This document shows, piece after piece, positions 1 through 7,856 of a stretch of 64,000 bases of DNA. The position numbers and the translations under genes were made by a program. The notes below the pieces were generated by a model, which worked only from the letters and a program-made list of their open reading frames with translations, was not told the origin of the DNA and made no database searches. Position 1 is the first letter of the stretch. Every line of letters starts with the position of its first letter. Source of the DNA: Prochlorococcus sp. AG-670-M15 (GTDB lineage: Bacteria > Cyanobacteriota > Cyanobacteriia > PCC-6307 > Cyanobiaceae); NCBI GenBank assembly GCA_003211415.1, contig QCSV01000002.1:6204-70203 (forward strand). The letters run 5' to 3'.

Positions 1-784
1 ATTTGCGAAGCTTAGGAATCAAAAGAGATGCAACACAAATAACACTAATTGAAGGCCCAGGCGAAAGATTAAAGACTATAGAGAGAATAAATCCCAGAAG
101 TGAAATGCATAATCCAAAAAATGAAGACCTCATCATTGCAATTCTTAAACTATGAGCCTTATTTAGCCCTAACAAAGTTGGAGTAGAAAGAAGAGCAATT
201 ACAAGAATTACTCCCACTGCTGACATTGAACTAACAATTACTAATGCTGTCGTAAAACTCAAAGCAAGATTTAATAAAGAAACGTTTATACCACTTGCGG
301 ATGCACCTTCTGGATCCAAACCCACATAAACAACCTTTTCATATCCAAAAGTCATTAAAAGTATAAATACTAAAAAAGCAATTATTGTTCTAAGTAAATC
401 TCCAAAATTTGCTGTCAATAAATCACCAAATAATACTGCCTCTAAATCAATCCTTATTCCGAGTAGAGGGATAATAAGGACTCCAAACCCAAGCATTCCA
501 GCAAGAATAGTATTCATAACTGCTTCATAATTTTCACTTTTTCTATTGGTTAAACTTTCCGCAATTACCGAGCCTAAAAGACCACTTATAACACCCCCAA
601 TTGAAGGGTGAATTCCAAGCGCTAATGCGAGAGCAAGTCCAGGCAAAACGCAATGAGAGATTAAATTAACTTGTAATAATCTCTTATGGGTGATTAATAC
701 AGTTCCCATCGCTGGGCATAAGATCCCAGAAAATATAGTTATTATTAATGGAACCAACCACCAGTTATTATTAATAAAAGACAT
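1..784 (-). CDS. znuB: Zn/Mn ABC transporter permease (ABC-3 family), 3' end beyond window
   Basis: Read by hand from ATG at 784: MSFINNNWWLVPLIITIFSGILCPAMGTVLITHKRLLQVNLISHCVLPGLALA..., hydrophobic with an ISH..LPG ABC-3 motif; not in the ORF track; next to Zur and an ATPase. Confidence 0.85.
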   Translation of the reverse strand, partial: MSFINNNWWLVPLIITIFSGILCPAMGTVLITHKRLLQVNLISHCVLPGLALALALGIHPSIGGVISGLLGSVIAESLTNRKSENYEAVMNTILAGMLGFGVLIIPLLGIRIDLEAVLFGDLLTANFGDLLRTIIAFLVFILLMTFGYEKVVYVGLDPEGASASGINVSLLNLALSFTTALVIVSSMSAVGVILVIALLSTPTLLGLNKAHSLRIAMMRSSFFGLCISLLGFILSIVFNLSPGPSISVICVASLLIPKLRK

Positions 785-801
785 TATTCGAAAGATTCGG
801 T

Positions 802-1236
802 ATGATCAAAAATACGAGTCAAAAAAAGATTTTGGAAACAATGGTAACTAAGTCTGACATTACCAAAAGACAAGAACAACTTCTTGAAGAACTTAATAAA
901 TGCGAGGATGAATTGAGCGGTCAAGAATTGCATAGGCAGTTGATCACAAAAGGCAAATCTATGGGGTTGACCACTGTTTATAGAAATCTGCAAATCTTGA
1001 TAAAGCATGGATTAATTCGTTCTAGACATCTCCCAACAGGAGAGGTTCTTTACACTCCCGTAGACAGAGATATTCATCATTTGACCTGCGTTCAATGCGG
1101 AGAGACGTCGAGAATGGAAGGTTGTCCTGTTAAAGATATTCATGCCCCTAAAAAAAATCCAAGAAAGTTTCAACTTTTGTTTCATACACTCGAATATTTC
1201 GGCCTTTGCCAAAACTGTTATCAAGCTCAAAATTAA
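802..1236 (+). CDS. zur: Fur-family regulator, likely Zur (true start may be ATG 841)
   Basis: TTVYRNL helix, HHLTCVQCG and CQNC motifs; embedded in metal ABC locus. Confidence 0.85.
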   Translation: MIKNTSQKKILETMVTKSDITKRQEQLLEELNKCEDELSGQELHRQLITKGKSMGLTTVYRNLQILIKHGLIRSRHLPTGEVLYTPVDRDIHHLTCVQCGETSRMEGCPVKDIHAPKKNPRKFQLLFHTLEYFGLCQNCYQAQN

Positions 1237-1249
1237 TAAGTAACATTTT

Positions 1250-2020
1250 CTAATCACAGAAATTATTTTCCTTTATAGAGCTTATGTTTATCGCATCTAA
1301 TTTATCTTTTATTTGATCAGGACTACCAACTGCTAAAACACTTTTATCAAGAACGATTACTTGATCGTAGTTATTTAGAGACTCGCCCCAATCATGGCTA
1401 CTTACTAGCAAAGAAAGTCCCGCATCTGCGAGTTGACGAACAATTTTCAGGAAGTCCTCTTTTGCGGGGGGATCCAATGCAGCACAAGGTTCATCCAGAA
1501 GAAATATTTTTGCAGGGGACATAAGAGTTTTTGCTAATAGAGCTCTTTGTTGCTGTCCTCCTGAAAGAGAATCGAGTCTTCTATTAGCCAAATTAGCAAT
1601 TCCTACTCTTTGCATTGTCGCTTCTAATTCACAACATTTATTAATCCAAGAATTAGGATATTCTAGAAGAGCCTTGATTTGAAATGGGTTATTACTTCTT
1701 GATTTTGAATACTTTATTTGACCAAGAGATACCAATTTTTCAACTGTAATGGGAAACTTCCAATTCATAGAACTTCTTTGAGGCATAAGTGCCACTAGAG
1801 CTCTAGATCTATATAAATTTTCACCGTCAATTTTTATTTCGCCTTTATCTGGAGTATTTTGTCCTTGCAATAACCTCAAAAGAGTGGATTTACCGGCACC
1901 ATTTGGACCTACTAGCGCTGTTAGAGTTCCAGGTTTAATCTCAACCGATACCTTATTTAAAGCTGGCTTACTTTTTTCTGTGTATGCAAATGTTAAATTT
2001 TCAGCGACTAAAGTAGCCAT
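1250..2020 (-). CDS. znuC: Zn/Mn ABC transporter ATP-binding protein
   Basis: GPNGAGKS Walker A, LSGGQQQR signature, LLDEP, SHD. Confidence 0.88.
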   Translation of the reverse strand: MATLVAENLTFAYTEKSKPALNKVSVEIKPGTLTALVGPNGAGKSTLLRLLQGQNTPDKGEIKIDGENLYRSRALVALMPQRSSMNWKFPITVEKLVSLGQIKYSKSRSNNPFQIKALLEYPNSWINKCCELEATMQRVGIANLANRRLDSLSGGQQQRALLAKTLMSPAKIFLLDEPCAALDPPAKEDFLKIVRQLADAGLSLLVSSHDWGESLNNYDQVIVLDKSVLAVGSPDQIKDKLDAINISSIKENNFCD

Positions 2021-2106
2021 TAATTAATGTTCATGAAAAAAGTCACTTTACAAGCTTACCAATAATACAAGCTGCGTATTATTTTCATAACATTTGATAC
2101 CTTTCC

Positions 2107-2135
2107 TTGTCAGGCGTAATGAAAATGATTATCAT
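2107..2135 (+). promoter_or_regulatory. sigma70-type promoter of znuA
   Basis: TTGTCA (2107-2112), 17-nt spacer, TATCAT (2130-2135); ATG at 2158. Confidence 0.6.
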
Positions 2136-2140
2136 TTTAA
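2120..2140. promoter_or_regulatory. Zur box
   Basis: Perfect 8-1-8 palindrome AAAATGAT-T-ATCATTTT (2122-2138); TGAAAATGATTATCA is 1 mismatch from cyanobacterial TGATAATnATTATCA; lies between divergent znuC and znuA. Confidence 0.8.
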
Positions 2141-2157
2141 GTATTCAATAATTTATT

Positions 2158-3699
2158 ATGTCAATTTTTAAAAGACTTTTATCAAATAAAACATGTTCAA
2201 GTAAGTCAATTATTAAAAATTCCGTAATCGCTGGAACGATTATATTTTCTGGTTTTGGGCAGGATGTAATGGCTAAAGGGAAATCGTACGTAGCAGTAGA
2301 ACCACTAGTTTGTGATTTAGTTAAATCAATTGCGTTACCATCTGACGAAGTTACATGCTTAGTAGATAGAAAACAGGATGTTCATGACTTAAAGATCAAT
2401 CCAAGACAAGCTCAATTACTAAATAGCGCAGACAAAGTATTCACTCTTGGCAAAGAAATGACTCCAAGTATGAGAAATTGGGAAAGTAAAAAGAATACTG
2501 TTGTTGTAGGTGTTAGTGCAATAGACGTAGATGATCATTCTGATCATGAAGGTCACGATGACCACTCAGACCATGGCGGACATGACGATCATGCTGAACA
2601 TTCAGCTAAGGTAGATGATCATTCTGATCATGGAGGTCATGATGATCATTCAGACCATGGTGGACATGATGATCATGCTGAGGGTGCTTTCGAATGGGCA
2701 GGTAAATTCCAGCTTTCTAAGGGTTCATACAAATGGTCATTTGAAAAAGTCGATGGCGAATATGCAGATCCTGCAATGAAGATGGTGATTCTAAAATCTA
2801 ATAACATAGAAGGGTCTGAAGATTTAGCCAAAGAATTATTAGGATCTAAAGACTCAATAAGCAGAAAAAATGATGGAACTTTGATAGCAAGTAATAAAGC
2901 TTTTGTTCTTAACTTTGATCAAAGAAAAGAAAGTACTGTTTTTAACGTGGATATCAAAGAAGATGGTGAATATATATTTTTTACTGAACACATGCCTTTT
3001 GAGTTTGAAGCAACTCAACACTTTTTTAAAGACGTTTCAAATAGTGATGTAGAACCAATAGCACAAGTTCCAGACGAAGGAGAGGGGCATCATCATCATG
3101 ACCATGGAGGTCTAGATCCACATGTATGGCATGATCCACATAACATCATAAAAATGGGAGATCTTATAAGCAAAAGTTTAAAGAAAGATATTTCAGTTTT
3201 TAATAGAGGTGACAGAAAAGTAATTAATGAAAGATTCGAAAAAGCTGATTCTCTCTTAGAAGGCTTAGATAGTTGGATCGTCGAACAAGTAAGCTCTATT
3301 CCTGAAGAAAACAGAGTAATTGTCTCTAAACACAAAGCAATGGAATACTACGGGGATGCATTTGGTTTTGAAACAATTAGTTTACTTGACTTTCTTGGAG
3401 ACTCCTCAAGCTTAAGGCCAGACAACATAAGTTCTACTTTAAAAATGTTAGATGAAGAGAAAGTTCAGGCAATATTTCCTGAACAAATTCCAGCATCTAA
3501 GTTATTAAGGAACTTAAGTAGACAAAGTTCAGTTCCTTTAGCTTCTAATCAAATATTTGTTGATGGATTGATGATGGATGGTAATACGGTTTCAGTAGCC
3601 GTACACAATACTTGTACAATTGTTGATTCATTAGGTGGAAGTTGTGATAGAGAATCTGGCTCCAATCTTGAATCTGAATGGTACAAACTTTCAGATTAA
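2158..3699 (+). CDS. znuA: Cluster A-I metal solute-binding protein (ZnuA-like) with long His-rich loop and inserted domain
   Basis: DVHD, DPHVWHDP and SKHKAMEYY ligand motifs; N-terminal signal-like segment; His/Asp-rich tract. Confidence 0.85.
   Translation: MSIFKRLLSNKTCSSKSIIKNSVIAGTIIFSGFGQDVMAKGKSYVAVEPLVCDLVKSIALPSDEVTCLVDRKQDVHDLKINPRQAQLLNSADKVFTLGKEMTPSMRNWESKKNTVVVGVSAIDVDDHSDHEGHDDHSDHGGHDDHAEHSAKVDDHSDHGGHDDHSDHGGHDDHAEGAFEWAGKFQLSKGSYKWSFEKVDGEYADPAMKMVILKSNNIEGSEDLAKELLGSKDSISRKNDGTLIASNKAFVLNFDQRKESTVFNVDIKEDGEYIFFTEHMPFEFEATQHFFKDVSNSDVEPIAQVPDEGEGHHHHDHGGLDPHVWHDPHNIIKMGDLISKSLKKDISVFNRGDRKVINERFEKADSLLEGLDSWIVEQVSSIPEENRVIVSKHKAMEYYGDAFGFETISLLDFLGDSSSLRPDNISSTLKMLDEEKVQAIFPEQIPASKLLRNLSRQSSVPLASNQIFVDGLMMDGNTVSVAVHNTCTIVDSLGGSCDRESGSNLESEWYKLSD
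2527..2682 (+). repeat. Coding tandem duplication (84-nt period, 27-nt subunits) encoding DDHSDH[G/E]GH repeats
   Basis: gtagatgatcattctgatcat at 2527 and 2611. Confidence 0.9.
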
Positions 3700-3774
3700 A
3701 TTTTCTAATAAAAACGGTTTTCATTTCTTATTATTACTATCATTAAACTATTGTTTATTTGGTAAAACCATTAA

Positions 3775-5130
3775 ATGAGCATCAAAGATAAAGTTCCAGT
3801 TACTATTCTCACTGGATTTCTAGGTTCAGGGAAAACTACTTTACTTAATAGAATACTAAGTGAAGAGCACGGGAAAAGAATAGCCGTAATTGAGAATGAA
3901 TACGGTGAAGTAGGGATAGATCAAGGGCTAGTAATTAATGCCGATGAAGAAGTGTTTGAGATGTCAAACGGGTGCATTTGTTGTACTGTTCGCGGTGATT
4001 TAATAAGAGTCCTTGGCAACCTTATGAAAAGAAGAGATAAGTTTGACTATGTTTTAGTAGAAACGACCGGATTAGCAGATCCTGGGCCAGTCGCGCAGAC
4101 ATTTTTCATGGATGAAGAAATTAGTTCTGAATTTACTCTTGATGGAATTGTAACTTTAGTTGATGCTGCTCATATTGATCAGCAGCTAGGAAGAAGTGAT
4201 GAAAGTTCAGAACAAGTTGCGTTTGCAGATGTTCTTGTCCTTAATAAAACTGATTTAGTCTCTGATGATGCACTAGATACTCTTGAATCGAGATTGAGAG
4301 ATATGAACCGAATGACTCGAATCATTAGAGCCGAGAATGCCCAAGTACCAATCGAAACAGTCCTAAATCTAAGTGCATTTGATCTCGATCAAATCCTTAA
4401 ACGCAGACCAACATTTCTTGAACCAGAATATCCTTTTGAATGGACAGGTGTTTACGACCTAGCTGCAGGTAAATATGAATTAATGCTAGAAGAAGGTCCC
4501 GATCCAGAAATGTCATTAGTTGCTTTCGCTAATCAAGGTGAGAGTGAAGAAGAACTTAAAGATGGTGCTGAATCCTGCGTAAGACTTTATGCAGAAAAAG
4601 CTAAAAGCTTAGAAGCTGGGAATATCATTCCATTTGGAGAACATATAAACCTTAAATTGGAGGATAAAGGAAATAAATCATTCATATTAGATATCGAAAA
4701 GGGATCAAAGATAGGTTTATATACACAGCACACTGCTGAAGAATTCAATATGAAAATCATTAAAAGTGAAGACAATAATTCAAAAGAGATCCCATTTAAT
4801 ATTGAAAGATTCTGGCAAGCCGAGCACGAGCACGATGATGAAGTAACGTCCATTGCAATTGAGCGATTTGGAGATGTTGATCCAGAAAAACTTAATACTT
4901 GGTTGGGCAGACTTCTTTCTGAAAAAGGGGTGGATATATTTAGAACTAAAGGTTTCATTAGCTACTCAGGCAACCCACAGAGAATAGTTTTCCAAGGGGT
5001 ACATATGTTATTTACAGCGCAACCTGATAAGGAATGGGGTAACGAACCTCGTAGAAACCAACTTGTTTTTATAGGTAGAAATTTGGATGAGAAAGAGATG
5101 AAAGAAGGTTTTGAAAAATGCCTGATATAG
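3775..5130 (+). CDS. COG0523 (CobW/ZigA/YciC-family) G3E GTPase metallochaperone with inserted domain
   Basis: GFLGSGKTT, NEYGEVGID, GCICC, ETTG and NKTD motifs; CobW_C region RTKG...FQGVH...LVFIGRNL. Confidence 0.92.
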   Translation: MSIKDKVPVTILTGFLGSGKTTLLNRILSEEHGKRIAVIENEYGEVGIDQGLVINADEEVFEMSNGCICCTVRGDLIRVLGNLMKRRDKFDYVLVETTGLADPGPVAQTFFMDEEISSEFTLDGIVTLVDAAHIDQQLGRSDESSEQVAFADVLVLNKTDLVSDDALDTLESRLRDMNRMTRIIRAENAQVPIETVLNLSAFDLDQILKRRPTFLEPEYPFEWTGVYDLAAGKYELMLEEGPDPEMSLVAFANQGESEEELKDGAESCVRLYAEKAKSLEAGNIIPFGEHINLKLEDKGNKSFILDIEKGSKIGLYTQHTAEEFNMKIIKSEDNNSKEIPFNIERFWQAEHEHDDEVTSIAIERFGDVDPEKLNTWLGRLLSEKGVDIFRTKGFISYSGNPQRIVFQGVHMLFTAQPDKEWGNEPRRNQLVFIGRNLDEKEMKEGFEKCLI

Positions 5131-6191
5131 AATCATTTAGCCCAAGAGGTATGTTCCACGATGGATGGACAGCTGAAGTTAATGATTATGCCATAGTTTG
5201 TGGTTGGGCTACTAAAGGAAAGTTATTCATTGTTGGGGATGTAGCAGGAGGTATTTTTGCCTTTGAAGGAGATACTGGGAAAGTTATTTGGAAAAAAGAA
5301 AATACACACTCTGCTGGTCTATTAGCAATGTCCATTCATCCAGAAGGAGAGATTTTTGCAACTTCCGGTCAAGATGGAAATATTCAAATATATAATTGTC
5401 ACGAAGGTAAAGTAATTAAAACTCTCGATCTTGGCAAGGCTTGGGTAGAGCATCTTAAGTGGTCAAATGATGGCTTATTTCTTGCAGCAGCTTCTTCAAA
5501 AAAAGTATATGTTTTTAATGAAATTGGAGAAGAGAAATGGGTATCAGATGATCATCCAAGCACAGTGAGTGCGATAAAATGGTCAAATAATAATGAACTA
5601 GCTACAGCCTGCTACGGGAGAGTAACATTCTTTGACATAGTAAATAATAAAACGAATCAAAAGCTCGAGTGGCAAGGATCATTAGTCTCAATGGAATTAA
5701 GTCCTGATGGTGATATAGTCGCTTGCGGGAGTCAAGACAATTCAGTTCATTTTTGGAGAAGATCAACCGGAATGGATGCTGAAATGACAGGATACCCAGG
5801 AAAACCTAGTCACCTTTCTTTTGACGATAGTGGAAAATTACTGGCAACTAGTGGCAGTGAAAGAATTACAGTTTGGAGCTTTATAGGTGACGGTCCCGAG
5901 GGAACTATGCCGGGAGAGCTATGGCACCATACCGAACCTATTTCTAGCCTAGCCTTTTCAAATAAAGGCATGCTTGTAGCTTCCGGATCTAGAGATGGTT
6001 CTGTTGTCGCAAGTTTTCTAAAAAATGACGGTAATGGTGACCCAGTTGGGGCTGCATTCGCAGGCGATTTAGTGGGTGCACTTTCGTGGAGACCTGATGA
6101 TTGTGCACTCGCAGCAGTTAATGCAAAAGGTGTTGTAAATGTATGGAAATTTAAAGTTCGTACAAACCTTTTTTCAAAAGGATTTAAATAA
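5118..6191 (+). CDS. WD40 beta-propeller protein
   Basis: Repeats such as ATSGQDGNIQIY, CGSQDNSVHFW and ASGSRDGSV; overlaps upstream gene by 13 nt. Confidence 0.85.
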   Translation: MPDIESFSPRGMFHDGWTAEVNDYAIVCGWATKGKLFIVGDVAGGIFAFEGDTGKVIWKKENTHSAGLLAMSIHPEGEIFATSGQDGNIQIYNCHEGKVIKTLDLGKAWVEHLKWSNDGLFLAAASSKKVYVFNEIGEEKWVSDDHPSTVSAIKWSNNNELATACYGRVTFFDIVNNKTNQKLEWQGSLVSMELSPDGDIVACGSQDNSVHFWRRSTGMDAEMTGYPGKPSHLSFDDSGKLLATSGSERITVWSFIGDGPEGTMPGELWHHTEPISSLAFSNKGMLVASGSRDGSVVASFLKNDGNGDPVGAAFAGDLVGALSWRPDDCALAAVNAKGVVNVWKFKVRTNLFSKGFK

Positions 6192-6210
6192 TAATTTGAA
6201 ATTTATAAAA

Positions 6211-6366
6211 TTACCAATAGTTAGCTTTTAAATGTCTTTCCATACAGATGACTTCACAGTCATTATCTATACCTTTTGGGTGAATATCGCAATATGAGAG
6301 ACATTGAAAATATTCGTCTATAGGATTAGATTGGTCAGCTTTCCTAACTTCTTTCGAATGATTCAT
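6211..6366 (-). CDS. 51-aa Cys-rich protein with twin CX3C motif
   Basis: Hand translation MNHSKEVRKADQSNPIDEYFQCLSYCDIHPKGIDNDCEVICMERHLKANYW*; GAGGA SD-like element 9 nt upstream. Confidence 0.7.
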   Translation of the reverse strand: MNHSKEVRKADQSNPIDEYFQCLSYCDIHPKGIDNDCEVICMERHLKANYW

Positions 6367-6579
6367 AAAAAAAGTTCCTCAATTATTTAAAATCAAGATA
6401 GTCGAATTAAATATCAAAAGAAATAAGCAAAACTTACTAAAAATATCTCAAAAAAATTAAAGCGATTGATTTCCACTTTCGGACATTTTTAATAAAAAAG
6501 CAATGCGTATAAAAACGGATTGTCTTTAGAGAAATATTTTCCTAATTTTATATTGTTGAGTTCTAGGAGGTCTTTCAAA

Positions 6580-6612
6580 ATGATCGATAGCCTGCCTGAA
6601 ATTTCGGAATAA
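6580..6612 (+). other. Micro-ORF MIDSLPEISE with strong Shine-Dalgarno
   Basis: AGGAGG at 6565-6570, ATG at 6580, TAA at 6610-6612. Confidence 0.3.
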
Positions 6613-6838
6613 AACGAACTAATTTAATTAACTGCTCCAATTATTTTTTATTAATGTTTAAGCTTCCTTCTTCTGCATCGTTTAGGTGCCCTTTAAGAAA
6701 CAAGCTTAATTCTAGAGTTTATGCCCCAGTTAAAGACAATTAGTTAATTTTGGTGAGAATTAGCTTAAAAGAAGTTAGCAACAAGGATCCATGATTTAGG
6801 TACGTTATTAACTTCAGTAAAAAATATAAGTAAGAGAT

Positions 6839-6869
6839 AAAAGAGGGCTTAAATTAGCCCTCTTTTTTT
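6839..6869 (+). terminator. Rho-independent terminator
   Basis: Stem AAAAGAGGGCT/AGCCCTCTTTT with 6-nt loop; T7 run ending at 6869. Confidence 0.8.
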
Positions 6870-6901
6870 AATAAGATGACTTTCTTCTAGTTTTATAGAT
6901 A

Positions 6902-7201
6902 ATGATAAAACAATTAAATCTAAAAATGGCTCGATATTATTGCCCATATTGCAATCCTAAATATCAATTTCAAAAACAATCCTCAAAAGGTAATTTGATT
7001 TGTGGCTTGTGCGGAGAGGATCTTGTAAAAAAACCATTTATTAGGTTGAACCAGATAATCGCTTTAGTTGCTGCTTCATCATTACTTTTACCATTGATAT
7101 ATACTTTTATTTTTTTAATTAAAAATCAATTAAATCCTCCTAATAAAAATTATCAAGCAAATGGTACTTTAATGATCATTATCAAAGAAACAATTTCATA
7201 A
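6902..7201 (+). CDS. Small Zn-ribbon-like protein with one TM helix (start probably ATG 6926)
   Basis: CPYC...CGLC followed by hydrophobic IIALVAASSLLLPLIYTFIFLI. Confidence 0.65.
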   Translation: MIKQLNLKMARYYCPYCNPKYQFQKQSSKGNLICGLCGEDLVKKPFIRLNQIIALVAASSLLLPLIYTFIFLIKNQLNPPNKNYQANGTLMIIIKETIS

Positions 7202-7225
7202 AACAATTTTAAAAATCTAGAGTGG

Positions 7226-7447
7226 TCAACCTCTGCATAGTGATTTATTTAAACAAGAATTTTTACTCTCAATATTTATTTGATCATCAATATTTTTTAA
7301 TTTGTTTTTATTACTTATTACTTTAACTTTTTGCCCACAATGTTCTTTACAACCACCATTAAATAAATTATGTGCATATAAATTGGAACTATTCGTAAGT
7401 AATAAAAGAAAAATTATTTTATAAATTTGAATAAAATAAGCCTTCAT
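7226..7447 (-). CDS. Small secreted Cys-containing hypothetical protein
   Basis: Signal-like N-terminus ending LYA; CKEHC and CLNKSLC. Confidence 0.55.
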   Translation of the reverse strand: MKAYFIQIYKIIFLLLLTNSSNLYAHNLFNGGCKEHCGQKVKVISNKNKLKNIDDQINIESKNSCLNKSLCRG

Positions 7448-7490
7448 TTTTATTGTGATTTTCTCGGAATTAGTAAATAAATAATATCAG

Positions 7491-7727
7491 TTAATTCCAG
7501 GGAGTGTTTATAAGTCCCCAGATATCAAAGAAGAAAAATAAAACTGCAATAACAACAAGATCCCATGCTCTTTCCCTAAAAGCCCAAGGAGCAATAAAAA
7601 CTTCTCCAAGTCCATGGAGTGCCGCCCCAATAGGTAAATGATCAAGAACAAGCAAACTGTGAGAGAGAATAAAAAGAAAGCTTGCGAAATATCTAAAAAA
7701 AACAAATTGCCAATTACTAGAATTCAT
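7491..7727 (-). CDS. Small membrane hypothetical protein
   Basis: 78-aa hydrophobic ORF filling the gap. Confidence 0.65.
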   Translation of the reverse strand: MNSSNWQFVFFRYFASFLFILSHSLLVLDHLPIGAALHGLGEVFIAPWAFRERAWDLVVIAVLFFFFDIWGLINTPWN

Positions 7728-7804
7728 ACTTTTTTAGATTTTTAAAAAATATACTTCAATGATCAAAATAAAGAAATAGATCGAGTTAGGAGATGTTTTT
7801 TTTT

Positions 7805-7818
7805 GTAGCCATAAATAC
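7805..7818. promoter_or_regulatory. NtcA binding site
   Basis: GTA-GCCATAAA-TAC, an exact GTA-N8-TAC, 38 nt upstream of ATG 7857. Confidence 0.65.
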
Positions 7819-7856
7819 GAATAAAGATTTGAAGCTAAAGTAAAAGTTATTAAACC

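Noticed and set aside
784-1257. Minus-strand ORFs 784-1008 and 1012-1257
   Set aside because: Antisense shadows of zur with no recognisable motifs
2527-2682. Repeats considered as a CRISPR-like array
   Set aside because: In-frame coding repeats with synonymous variation, no unique spacers and no cas genes
7170-7184. Zur-like sequence TAATGATCATTATCA
   Set aside because: Lies in the 3' end of a gene in a convergent region, not a promoter position; an AT-rich chance match is likely
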